Of a stretch of 64,000 nt of DNA, positions 38,214-47,411 are shown piece after piece; position 1 is the stretch's first letter; every line of letters begins with the position of its first letter. A program made the translations under genes and the position numbers. This DNA comes from an uncultured Candidatus Rokubacteria bacterium (GTDB lineage: Bacteria; Methylomirabilota; Methylomirabilia; Rokubacteriales; DASRDR01), in the NCBI GenBank assembly GCA_963826115.1, contig CAWGVS010000005.1, positions 960,001 to 1,024,000 on the forward strand. Direction: 5' to 3'. The notes below the pieces were generated by a model that saw only the letters and a list, made by a program, of their open reading frames with translations, was not told the origin of the DNA and did no database searches.

Positions 38214-39641
38214 TCACTGAGCCGCGGCAGGCGCCGGACGCCGCCGGTGGATCAACACGAGCGTGAGCGCCGCCAGCCCGGCCACCACGATGACGGTACC
38301 CGCATTCGGCCGGAAGAGGTAGCCGCGCGCCCAGGCGAAGGCCGCGTTCCGCAAGACGAGGCTCCGCGGCACCAGCTCGAGATCGAGCCGCCCTCCCGGC
38401 TCGCCGGCCGGCTCCCACGCGTCCCCTTCCCCGTCGGTGACGATGGTCCCGGGCCGACCGACGAAGTAGAGCCCGTATCGCGGCACCACCACCCGCGTGA
38501 GCCGCGCGGCCGGCAAGGGCACGAAGAGCGGGATCTCGACACCGGCCCGGCCGTCGAGCGCGGCGACGACGAGGGCATCGTCCCCGTGCCCCGGCGGATC
38601 GATCCCGAGCCGCTCGAACGCGAGCTGACGGAGGGGCGCGCGCACCGGACGGGTCGTTGCGGGCTCCGACCAGGCGAGGCTCACCGTGACACCGCGCGGC
38701 GCGGGCTCGAGCTCGAGCCAGCCCCCGGGAGGGACCGGCCGCTCCGCCTCGCCGCCGGGTGCGTAGGCGATCGCGAGGGGGATGCCGGACGGCGCCGCGC
38801 TCCGGAACGCGCGCATCTCGACGCGGAGGAGGCGCACCGCCGGCACTCCGGCAACCGCGTAGCGGGTCTCCCAGCGCGTCTCCTTCCGGTCCTCGTCGTG
38901 CCGGACCGCGGCGATCGTCGTCACGGTCGGGACGCCGCCGCCCAGGACGCGGACCAGCGCCTCGACCGCCGCGCCGGCTGCCGCCAGGTCCTCGCGCACG
39001 GGACGTAGCGACACGTGGGCCATGGCCGCGGGATCGATGGCCCGGAGGATCGCAGTCGCCTCGCTGCCGTCCCGCGCGCTCTCGAGCCGGTGATCGAGGT
39101 CGCCAAGGTAGGTCGCGATCGCCGCGCGCCGCGCCTCGAGGTCCCGGAACTCGGTCGCCGACAGCGTGCGCGCGAGCCGACGCGCCGCCGCCTCGACGCC
39201 GACGGCCTCGCGCGGCGCCGACGCGCGCAGCGGGTCCATCCGCCGGCTGAGGGCTATCACGGCGCCCGCCCGCTGCTCGATCTCCGGGCCGGTGAGACGG
39301 AGCTCCTCCCGGCGGAGCCCGGCCAGTCGCTCGCGCGCGGCCGCGACCCCGGGATCACGCGTCCCGATGGGATCCGGCGCCGCCGCGCGTGGCGCGGCCC
39401 ACGCCGGGATCCAACCCGTCTCGTAGGAGATCGGCGCCGGCGGCGCGAGCCAACCCTGCTGGCCGCCCCACACGGCGAGCGTCGCCGCGGCGAGCAGGAC
39501 GAGGATCGGCGCGAGGCTGAGCCGCCGTCGAAGCAGGAGCACGCCCACGAGCGCCAGCACCCACAGGGCCCCGAGCGCGAGGTCCAGCGCGCTCGCCATC
39601 AGGACGACGGCGAGGAGCGCCGCGACCGCGAAGGTCCTCAC
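38214..39641 (-). CDS. Hypothetical membrane protein (N-terminal TM helices, large soluble domain, C-terminal TM anchor)
   Basis: Hydrophobic N-terminus, C-terminal TVIVVAGLAALTLVLIHRRR; GTGA overlap with the upstream gene. Confidence 0.65.
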   Translation of the reverse strand: MRTFAVAALLAVVLMASALDLALGALWVLALVGVLLLRRRLSLAPILVLLAAATLAVWGGQQGWLAPPAPISYETGWIPAWAAPRAAAPDPIGTRDPGVAAARERLAGLRREELRLTGPEIEQRAGAVIALSRRMDPLRASAPREAVGVEAAARRLARTLSATEFRDLEARRAAIATYLGDLDHRLESARDGSEATAILRAIDPAAMAHVSLRPVREDLAAAGAAVEALVRVLGGGVPTVTTIAAVRHDEDRKETRWETRYAVAGVPAVRLLRVEMRAFRSAAPSGIPLAIAYAPGGEAERPVPPGGWLELEPAPRGVTVSLAWSEPATTRPVRAPLRQLAFERLGIDPPGHGDDALVVAALDGRAGVEIPLFVPLPAARLTRVVVPRYGLYFVGRPGTIVTDGEGDAWEPAGEPGGRLDLELVPRSLVLRNAAFAWARGYLFRPNAGTVIVVAGLAALTLVLIHRRRPAPAAAQ

Positions 39642-40249
39642 GCCGGGGACGCGGGCTCGGGGCGGCGGAGCCGGACGACGGTCGCTCCCCAGCCCCCGCG
39701 CGTGGGCGACGCGTCGGCGAAGCGAGTCACGTCCGGTGTCTCCGCGAGCACGCGCCGGACGATCGCCCTCTGGACTCCGCGGCCCCGCCCGTGCACGATG
39801 CGCACTTCGTCCAGGCCGGCCTGCCTCGCCTCGTGGAGGTACTCGGCCAGGACCGCCGCCGTCTCCTCGGGCCGGAAGCTGTGCAGATCGAGCACGTCCG
39901 CGAGCGGGACGGCGACCGCCTCCAGGCGCACCGGATCGCCCGGCCGCACGATGCCAGGCTCGAGGATCTCCGCGGGGACAGGATCGCCGGGGCCGTCCTC
40001 GAGCAGCCCGCCAGCCTGGACGCGGGTCGCGCCAGCACCCGGGCCTTCGTGGAGCACCAGCCGCGCGATCGCCGTGGCGCCGAGGCGAAGGCGCGCGCCG
40101 TCGGGCAGGTCGCCGATCGGGCACCCGTCGATCACGACGACGAGGGTCAGCGGGCCACGCTCGAGCACCCGCGACGCGAACCCGGCCCCGCCCACGCTCG
40201 GCTCGCGAACGTCCACGACTCGGCCGTCCGGCGAGCCCGAATCGTCCAT
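39638..40249 (-). CDS. Degenerate MOSC-like domain fused to an Smr/MutS2 endonuclease domain
   Basis: LPDGARLRLG..AEILEPGIVRPGDPV followed by LDLHSF..VRIVHGRGRG..GGWGATVV. Confidence 0.75.
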   Translation of the reverse strand: MDDSGSPDGRVVDVREPSVGGAGFASRVLERGPLTLVVVIDGCPIGDLPDGARLRLGATAIARLVLHEGPGAGATRVQAGGLLEDGPGDPVPAEILEPGIVRPGDPVRLEAVAVPLADVLDLHSFRPEETAAVLAEYLHEARQAGLDEVRIVHGRGRGVQRAIVRRVLAETPDVTRFADASPTRGGWGATVVRLRRPEPASPA

Positions 40250-40336
40250 TGCGGTCCTACTATACCGTCCGGCCCGCGGCGCCACGGTCTTCGCGTCGAG
40301 CGCGGTTCCGCGAGAGCGATGGTCTAGAATGACGCC

Positions 40337-42190
40337 GTGCCAGGCGTCACCGTCACCATCCAACCCGATCGCCGCACGGTCACCGTCGAACCCGGCAACG
40401 TCCTTCTCCGCGCGGCTCACGCCGAGGGGGTCGACGTCACCGCCACTTGCGGCGGGCGCGGCCGCTGCACGTCGTGTCGCGTGAAGGTGCTGGAGGGCGT
40501 GGCCCCGCCGGGGACGATCAACGACCAGCTCCAGCTCGGCGACGACCTCGTGCGCGAGGGATACCGGCTGGCGTGCCAGCTCGCGCCGACGGAGCCGCTC
40601 GTCGTCCAGATCGCGCCGCCCCTCGACGAGCGGGCGTTCCAGATCCTCGGTGTCGACCGAGGCGCGGTGGCCCGGGCGCGCGTCGAGATGGACGCCGGGG
40701 TCCGGAAGACGGCGGTCCGCGTGGAGCTCCCGCAGGAGGAGCACCACCAGACCTCGGATCTCGAGCAGCTCGCCGTGGCGGCGGGCATCGCGCCGGAGGA
40801 CGTGCCGCTCGACGTGGTCCGCGTGCTCCCCGAGACCCTCCGCGAGGCGAAGAGCGAGGTCACCGTCGTCACGTTCCTCGGCCGGCCACTCGGCGTCGAG
40901 CGCGGCGACACGACCTCGATGGCCTTCGGCCTCGCGATCGACGTCGGCACGACGAGCGTGGTCACCACGCTGCTCGAGCTCGCCTCGGGCGAGGTCATGG
41001 CTTCGGTGTCGAGCCTCAACACCCAGGCGACGTTCGGCGGCGACCTCATGTCCCGGATCGCCTTCGCCCAGTGGAATCCCGCCAACCTGCGGAAGCTCCA
41101 GAGCCGGATCATCGGCCTTCTGAACGAGCAGATCGACGACCTCCTCGCGCGCACCGGCGTCCTGGCCCAGTGGATCTACAAGGTGACCGTCGTCGGCAAC
41201 ACGTGCATGCACCACATCCTGCTCGGCGTCGACCCGACCTACGTGGGCCTCTCCCCGTACTCCGCCGTGCTCCGGCATCCGATCGTCGTGCCGGCGCGGA
41301 GCCTTCGCCTCAAGGTCAACGCCGAGGCCCGGGTGTGCTTCCTGCCGATCGTCGCGGGGTTCGTCGGCGCGGACGCGGTCGGCGCCGCGCTCGCCACGCG
41401 CCTCGACGAGAGCGTCCAGGTCCGCGCCGTCGTTGACATCGGGACCAACGGCGAGGTGGTCATGGGGACGCGGGAGCGCCTCATGGCGTGCTCCGCGCCC
41501 GCCGGGCCCGCGCTCGAGGGCGCCCAGATCCGCCACGGCATGCGCGGCGCCGCGGGCGCGATCGATCGCGTGTGGGTCGGGGACGGGGACCTCCGCTTCC
41601 ACGTGCTCGGCGACGGCCCGCCGCAGGGCATCTGTGGCTCCGGGCTGATCGACGCCGTCGCGGCGGCTCTCGATCTTGGGCTGATCGACTGGACGGGGCT
41701 CATCCAGATCGAGCGGCGCGACCGCTTCGCGCCGGCTCTGGCCGCGCGACTGGCCGAGCGGGGCGAGGAGCGCCTCCTGATCCTGGCCCCCCGCGGCGAC
41801 GCGGCGAGTGGCGGCGAGATCGTCCTCACCCAGGACGACGTCCGCCAGGTGCAGCTCGCCAAGGGAGCGATCGGCGGCGGCATCCGGATGCTCCAGCACG
41901 TGCTGGGGGTTCCGGACGAGGCGCTCACCGACCTGATGCTCGCGGGCGGCTTCGGGAACTACCTGTCGATCCGCAGCGCAGTGCGGATCGGGCTCATTCC
42001 CCCCCTGCCGGCCGAGCGGATCCGCTACGTCGGCAATGCGGCCGCGCTGGGCGCACAGCTCGCGCTGGTGTCCGAGACGGAGCGGACGCGGGCGAATCGG
42101 CTCGCGCGGTCCATCGAGCACCTGTCGCTCGCGACGCACCCGGACTTCCAGGACCTGTTCGTGGAGGCGATGAACTTCCCGAAGGCCTGA
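40337..42190 (+). CDS. ASKHA ATPase with 2Fe-2S domain (RACo / DUF4445 corrinoid reactivase family)
   Basis: CGGRGRCTSC..RLACQ, DVGTT, GGDLMSRI, DIGTNGE, AGPALEG, GICGSG, LAGGFG, VGNAA. Confidence 0.92.
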   Translation: MPGVTVTIQPDRRTVTVEPGNVLLRAAHAEGVDVTATCGGRGRCTSCRVKVLEGVAPPGTINDQLQLGDDLVREGYRLACQLAPTEPLVVQIAPPLDERAFQILGVDRGAVARARVEMDAGVRKTAVRVELPQEEHHQTSDLEQLAVAAGIAPEDVPLDVVRVLPETLREAKSEVTVVTFLGRPLGVERGDTTSMAFGLAIDVGTTSVVTTLLELASGEVMASVSSLNTQATFGGDLMSRIAFAQWNPANLRKLQSRIIGLLNEQIDDLLARTGVLAQWIYKVTVVGNTCMHHILLGVDPTYVGLSPYSAVLRHPIVVPARSLRLKVNAEARVCFLPIVAGFVGADAVGAALATRLDESVQVRAVVDIGTNGEVVMGTRERLMACSAPAGPALEGAQIRHGMRGAAGAIDRVWVGDGDLRFHVLGDGPPQGICGSGLIDAVAAALDLGLIDWTGLIQIERRDRFAPALAARLAERGEERLLILAPRGDAASGGEIVLTQDDVRQVQLAKGAIGGGIRMLQHVLGVPDEALTDLMLAGGFGNYLSIRSAVRIGLIPPLPAERIRYVGNAAALGAQLALVSETERTRANRLARSIEHLSLATHPDFQDLFVEAMNFPKA

Positions 42191-42211
42191 GGTCGCCGCC
42201 CCGGCGGGGCG

Positions 42212-43279
42212 TCAGCGACCGACGTTGAAGCGGAAGTGGCAGACCTCGCCGTCCTGGACGGGATACTCCTTGCCCTCGAGCCGGAGGAGGGCGCGCTTTC
42301 GCGCCTCGGCCAGCGACCCCGCCTCGAGGAGCTCTGCCCACCCTACGACCTCGGCCCGGATGAATCCGCGCGCGATGTCGGAGTGGATGGCGCTCGCGGC
42401 GTCGACGGCGGGCGCGCCGGCGGTGATCGTCCACGCCCGGACCTCGTCTTCGCCCACCGTGAAAAAGCTCGCCAGGCCGAGCAGCGCGTAGGCGTCGCGG
42501 ATCACGCGGTGAAGCGCCGGCTCGGGCAGGCCGAGGGCGTCGAGGAAGCTCCGCTGTTCCTCCGGCGGAAGGGCCGCGACCTCGCCCTCCACGGCCGCCG
42601 AGACCCAGCCGACGAGCGTCTTGGCGCGCTTGGCGGCGTCATCGAGCTCGGCCAGCGCCGCGTCGCGGGAGGACACGGCGTCCTCGGCGAGGTTCAGGCA
42701 GTGGAGGATCGGCTTCAGGGAGAGGAACTGGAATCCCCGCAGGAGGCGATCCTCGTCGCCGCTGAGCGCCTGGGCGCGCAGGGCCACGCCCTCCCCGAGC
42801 GGTCCCTGCACCCGGTCGAGGAGCGCCTGCTCGCGCTGCTCCGCGTCCGTCGGCTTCCGCTTGAGCCCGGGTCCCAGCTTCTGGAGCCGCCGCTCCACGA
42901 CCTCGAGGTCGGCCAGGACCAGCTCCTCCTCGAGCGACTGGACGTCGCGCGCGGGCTGGGCAGCCCCGAGCGCCGGCGACGGGAACGCGCGAACGACGTG
43001 GAGGAGCGCGTCCGCCTGGCGCAGCTCGCCCACGTCGAGCGTCGCCCGCTCGCCGCGATCGAACCCCGCGAGGTCCACGACCTCGACGCTCGCGTAGACG
43101 GTCTTCTTGGGCTGGAACAGCGCGGAGAGCTTGGTCACCCGATCGTCGGGCACGCGCGCGACGCCCACGTTCAGGCGCCCGCGGCCCGGCGGCTGCGCGA
43201 CACTCGCGTCCGCGCCGGTGAGGAGATTGAAGAGCGTGGTCTTTCCGCTGCCCGGGAAGCCGATGATGCCGAGTCTCAC
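42212..43279 (-). CDS. ychF: Ribosome-binding ATPase YchF
   Basis: GFPGSGKTT, VPDDR, DLAG, FFTVGEDEVRAW, IHSDIARGFIRAE, RLEGKEY. Confidence 0.93.
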   Translation of the reverse strand: MRLGIIGFPGSGKTTLFNLLTGADASVAQPPGRGRLNVGVARVPDDRVTKLSALFQPKKTVYASVEVVDLAGFDRGERATLDVGELRQADALLHVVRAFPSPALGAAQPARDVQSLEEELVLADLEVVERRLQKLGPGLKRKPTDAEQREQALLDRVQGPLGEGVALRAQALSGDEDRLLRGFQFLSLKPILHCLNLAEDAVSSRDAALAELDDAAKRAKTLVGWVSAAVEGEVAALPPEEQRSFLDALGLPEPALHRVIRDAYALLGLASFFTVGEDEVRAWTITAGAPAVDAASAIHSDIARGFIRAEVVGWAELLEAGSLAEARKRALLRLEGKEYPVQDGEVCHFRFNVGR

Positions 43280-43308
43280 GTCGAACGAGTGTACACTGCT
43301 TCGGGTCC

Positions 43309-44265
43309 ATGGCGCCGTCGACCCACGCTCCCCGCGATCTCGATGCCGGCGCCATCGCACTGGTGGTCCTGCTCTCCGCGCTCTGGGGCGGGAACACCGT
43401 GGCCGTCAAGGTTGGCGTGGCCGATTGCCCGCCGCTCATGCTGGCGGCGCTCCGGTTCGCGATTGGCGGCGTGTGCGTCGTCGCGTGGGGACTCTGGACC
43501 GCCGCGCCGTTCCGGCTGCAGCGCGGCGAAGCCGTGCCGCTCGTCGGCCTCGGGCTCCTCTTCGCGACCCAGCTCGGGCTCCTGAACGTCGGGGTATGGC
43601 TGTCCACGGCCGGGCACGCGTCCGTCCTCCTGAACGCGTATCCCGTCTACATCGTCCTCCTCGCGCACTTCCTGGTGCCCGGCGATCGGCTCACGCTGGG
43701 GACCATGGGCGGCGTGGTCCTCGGATTCGGCGGCATTCTGGTGCTCTTCGCGAGCCAGCTCCGGGCGCCTCAGGAGGCGGGCTCGACCATCCTCGCCGGC
43801 GACGTGGTCCTGTCGGTGAGCGCGGTTCTCCTCGCTCTCCGCCAGGTGGTTCTCAACCGCCAGCTCCAGCGCATCCACCCCGTGAAGCCGCTGCTGGCCC
43901 AGGTCGTCATCGGGACGCCCCTGTTCCTCCTGCTCTCCTGGGTCCTGGAGCCGACGCCCACGGTTCTGACGTGGCGGCTCGGCGCCTCGCTCTTCTACCA
44001 GGGCGTCGTGATCGCGGGGTTCAACTTCATCGCGAACATGTCCCTCCTGAAGACGTACCGCCCGAGCGCGCTGGCCGCGTTCACCCTGACCACGCCGCTC
44101 TTCGGTGTCATCGCCACGGCCCTGGTGATCGGCGAGCCGATCGGCTGGCGGCTCGCCGTGTCGGCGCTCCTGGTGGCCGGCGGAATCGCCGCGGCCACCC
44201 TGCTGCGCGACCGCGGGCTCCGAGTGCGAGGCCGCGCCGCCAGCGCCGCGCCCGGCAGACCGTGA
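43309..44265 (+). CDS. DMT/EamA-family transporter
   Basis: Ten TM helices in two EamA repeats, LWGGN..LRF, GEPIGW. Confidence 0.9.
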   Translation: MAPSTHAPRDLDAGAIALVVLLSALWGGNTVAVKVGVADCPPLMLAALRFAIGGVCVVAWGLWTAAPFRLQRGEAVPLVGLGLLFATQLGLLNVGVWLSTAGHASVLLNAYPVYIVLLAHFLVPGDRLTLGTMGGVVLGFGGILVLFASQLRAPQEAGSTILAGDVVLSVSAVLLALRQVVLNRQLQRIHPVKPLLAQVVIGTPLFLLLSWVLEPTPTVLTWRLGASLFYQGVVIAGFNFIANMSLLKTYRPSALAAFTLTTPLFGVIATALVIGEPIGWRLAVSALLVAGGIAAATLLRDRGLRVRGRAASAAPGRP

Positions 44266-45566
44266 GGCGCGCGGACCGCGCTCCCGTTCCGAGCGGCTCT
44301 CGGCGCCGCCGGGGTCGCTGGACCTGCCTGGCCGTCCTCGCGCTCGGCACCGTCGCCTCCGCCCAGGCCTTCGTCGCGCCGGAGCTCCGAGCCGAGGCCG
44401 GCCGCCTCCTGGTCGAGCTCGCAAGTCTCCGGGGTCTTCCGCCGCCCGGCCCCGCACCTCGGCTCGTCATCCAGAGTCTGGAGGAGCGGCGCCGGTTCGT
44501 GGTCGCCGAGCTCTCGAGGAAGTACTCCGCCGCCCGTCTGGAGGCCGAGAGGCGCGCCCTCATCGCATGGGGTCTCGCTCCGGCGGACTTCGATCTGGCG
44601 AACTTCTACGCCGACCTGCTCGCGGAGCAGGCCGCGGCGTACTACGACCCGTCGGCGAAACGGATGGTCCTCGCCAACTGGCTCACGCCGGAGCTCCGTC
44701 GCGACGCGGTGACCCACGAGCTGGTGCACGCGCTCCAGGACCGGCTGGTCGACCTCGAGCGGTTCCTCGGCGGCGCGCCCGGCCGCAGTGACGAGGGTCT
44801 CGCCCGCCAGGCCCTGGTCGAGGGCGAGGCCGTCGCGCTATCGCACGACCTCGCTCTTCGCCGAGAGGGTCGCGACTTCGCGACGCTCCCCGACGTCGCC
44901 GACCTCCAGCGCGCCATCCGCACGTCGGCTACTGGGCCGGTCCTGGCGCGGGCGCCCGCCTACGTCCGGAGCATGCTCACGTTCCCGTACGCCGCCGGGC
45001 TCGGCTTCGTCCACGCGTTCCGCCAGCGACACGCATGGGCCGAGCTGTCGCCGCTCTACCGGGACCCGCCGCGCTCCTCGTCGCAGATCCTTCACCCCGA
45101 GCGCTATTTCGACCGCCGACTCGATCCCGTGCCCATCCCCATGGCCGAGCTCGGCGCGTTCTTGCCGAGCGGGTCCACCTTGCTGCTCGAGGACGAGCTC
45201 GGCGAGGTGGGTTTCGCGGAGGTCCTGCGGCAGGTCCCGGGCGGGCAGGCCGATGCCGCCGGCTGGCGCGGTGACCGCTACGTCCTGTGGAATGTTCCGT
45301 CGAGCGGCGCGCTCCTGGTCGCGGTCACCGTGTGGGACACGGAAGAGCTCGCGATCGAGTTCGCGGGGGCCTACGCGCGCGCGCTGGTCGCGAAGCGGGC
45401 GCTCCCCCCTTCGCCGCCCACCGGCGCCGTCGTCGCGTGGACCGTCGGGGCCGTCGGATTCGCGATCGAGCGCCGCACCCGGACGGTGCTGCTGATCGAG
45501 GGCGCGCCGGTGGCCGCGATCGACGCCGTCCGCGCGGCGGTGTGGGCGAAGCCGGTGCTATACTGA
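44262..45566 (+). CDS. Secreted zincin-like metallopeptidase (hypothetical)
   Basis: Signal peptide ending AQA, AAYYDP, HELVHALQD, LVEGEA, FPY, PPRSSSQILHPE, GWRGD. Confidence 0.75.
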   Translation: MRRADRAPVPSGSRRRRGRWTCLAVLALGTVASAQAFVAPELRAEAGRLLVELASLRGLPPPGPAPRLVIQSLEERRRFVVAELSRKYSAARLEAERRALIAWGLAPADFDLANFYADLLAEQAAAYYDPSAKRMVLANWLTPELRRDAVTHELVHALQDRLVDLERFLGGAPGRSDEGLARQALVEGEAVALSHDLALRREGRDFATLPDVADLQRAIRTSATGPVLARAPAYVRSMLTFPYAAGLGFVHAFRQRHAWAELSPLYRDPPRSSSQILHPERYFDRRLDPVPIPMAELGAFLPSGSTLLLEDELGEVGFAEVLRQVPGGQADAAGWRGDRYVLWNVPSSGALLVAVTVWDTEELAIEFAGAYARALVAKRALPPSPPTGAVVAWTVGAVGFAIERRTRTVLLIEGAPVAAIDAVRAAVWAKPVLY

Positions 45567-45577
45567 GCGCCGCTGCG

Positions 45578-46015
45578 ATGCCGAGCGCCCCATCGAAGGA
45601 CCTCCGGCGGGTTCCCAACGCCCACGCCGACCGGGACTACGAGGTCGACCACGTCGTCCCGGAGTTCACGTGCGTGTGCCCGATGACGGGGCAGCCGGAC
45701 TTCGCCACGATCCGGATCCGGTATGTTCCCGACCGCTGGCTGGTCGAGCTGAAGTCGCTGAAGCTCTACATGTGGGCCTACCGGAACGAGGGCGCCTTCC
45801 ACGAGGACGTCACGAACCGGATCCTGTCCGACCTGGTGCGCACGCTGGCGCCCCGTCGGATGGAGGTCGTCGGCGACTGGAACGTGCGGGGGGGCATCAA
45901 GACGGTCGTGACCGTGCGCTACGAGCGCCCGGCCTCCGGCCGCGACGCGGGAGTCCGCGCTGGGGCGAGCGCGCGGGCCCACCGCGCTGCCCGGTCCTCC
46001 TCGCGTCGGTCCTGA
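45578..46015 (+). CDS. queF: NADPH-dependent 7-cyano-7-deazaguanine reductase (unimodular)
   Basis: PEFTCVCPMTGQPDFA, ELKSLKLY, FHE, RGGI. Confidence 0.95.
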   Translation: MPSAPSKDLRRVPNAHADRDYEVDHVVPEFTCVCPMTGQPDFATIRIRYVPDRWLVELKSLKLYMWAYRNEGAFHEDVTNRILSDLVRTLAPRRMEVVGDWNVRGGIKTVVTVRYERPASGRDAGVRAGASARAHRAARSSSRRS

Positions 46016-46037
46016 CCGCCGGCCCGTCGGCCGGCGC

Positions 46038-46379
46038 CTACGCCTCGGCGACGCTCACCCGCAGGCCGATCTCCGCCAGGACGCGACCGACCCGCTCGCA
46101 CTCCGTCCGGGCGCCGACGCGCACGACCGCCTTCCCGTCGTTGTGGACGCGGTCGGCGATGGCCATGCCCTCGTCGTGGGAGCACGAGATCGCCTTCATC
46201 AGCTGGCGGGCCACCTGCTCGAACGTGTGGCAGTCGCAGTTCCAGAGGATCGTGATCCACGGCGGCTCGACAGCCGTCTCGCTCTCCACCTCCTGCTCGA
46301 CGGTGGGTCGGCTCTCCGGGATCGCCGCCAGCCGGACGGCCGGCCGCGCGCCCCGCCGCGAGCGGCGCGCGAAGGTCAT
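46038..46379 (-). CDS. clpS: ClpS-like adaptor protein
   Basis: PPWITILWNCDCHTFEQV..VHNDGKAVV. Confidence 0.75.
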   Translation of the reverse strand: MTFARRSRRGARPAVRLAAIPESRPTVEQEVESETAVEPPWITILWNCDCHTFEQVARQLMKAISCSHDEGMAIADRVHNDGKAVVRVGARTECERVGRVLAEIGLRVSVAEA

Positions 46380-47404
46380 CCCGCCGAGCCGTCGGGGAAG
46401 ACGGCCACCTTGATCGAGGCCGGGTCCCGGTGCGCCGTCAGCGCCGCGTCGATCGCGGCCAGGGGGAAGCGATGCGTGAGGAGCGGCTCCACGCGGATCC
46501 GCCCCTCCGCCAGGAGCGCCACCGCTTCCTTGAACTCGGTCCGGTAGATCATCGAGCCCCGGATGTCGATCTCGCGACGGACGACCCAGAAGAACTCGAC
46601 GCGCGCGGGCTCGTGCGGGAGGCCGGTCAGCACCACGCGGCCTCCCGGCCGGACGAAGCCCACCTGACCGACGGCGAGCTCCACCGCCTCGGCGGTGCCG
46701 GCCGTCTCGATCACGAGATCCACCCCGTCGCGGCCGCTCAGACGGCGGGCCGCGTCGGCGACCCCCTGGCCCCCGCCGACGACGGTCTCGGAGGCGCCGA
46801 GCTCGCGCGCCAGGCCGAGCCGACGGTCGGTGCGCCCGACGGCGAGGACGCGACAGCCCCGCGCGCGCAGCAGCTGGACGGCCAAGAGGCCGAGCGTGCC
46901 GGCGCCCACCACGGCGGCCGACTCGCCGGGTCGCGGCGCGGCGCGCCCGACGGCGCGCGCCACCACCGCCAGCGGCTCGGCGAATAGGAGGACGTCGGAC
47001 GAAAGCGACGGAGGCGCGGGCCAGCATGCCCGCTCCGGCAGGATCGCGAGCTCCGCGAGTCCGCCGTCCCGGTCGATGCCCACCGCGGTCCGGGCGAGGC
47101 AGATGTTGCCGCTCCCCTCGCGGCAGAGGTCGCAGACCCCGCAGCCCCAGTTGGGCTCGATCGCCACCCGGTCCCCGGCCTTCACCCGGGTGACGCCCGG
47201 GCCGATCGCCGCGACGGTGCCGATGAACTCGTGCCCCAGGATCAGCGGGTAGCGCACCGGCCGCTCGCCGGACCAGATCCGGTAGTCCGTCCCGCAGATC
47301 CCGGTCGCCCCGACCCGGACCAGCACCTCGCCGGCGCCGGCGCTCGGGTCCGGCACTCGCTCCACCCGGAACGTGCGAGGGGCCGTCAGGACCGCCGCTC
47401 TCAT
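46376..47404 (-). CDS. Zn-dependent alcohol/sugar-alcohol dehydrogenase
   Basis: GICGTD, GHE, CGVCDLC..C, GAGTLG. Confidence 0.92.
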   Translation of the reverse strand: MRAAVLTAPRTFRVERVPDPSAGAGEVLVRVGATGICGTDYRIWSGERPVRYPLILGHEFIGTVAAIGPGVTRVKAGDRVAIEPNWGCGVCDLCREGSGNICLARTAVGIDRDGGLAELAILPERACWPAPPSLSSDVLLFAEPLAVVARAVGRAAPRPGESAAVVGAGTLGLLAVQLLRARGCRVLAVGRTDRRLGLARELGASETVVGGGQGVADAARRLSGRDGVDLVIETAGTAEAVELAVGQVGFVRPGGRVVLTGLPHEPARVEFFWVVRREIDIRGSMIYRTEFKEAVALLAEGRIRVEPLLTHRFPLAAIDAALTAHRDPASIKVAVFPDGSAG

Positions 47405-47411
47405 CGCGTCC

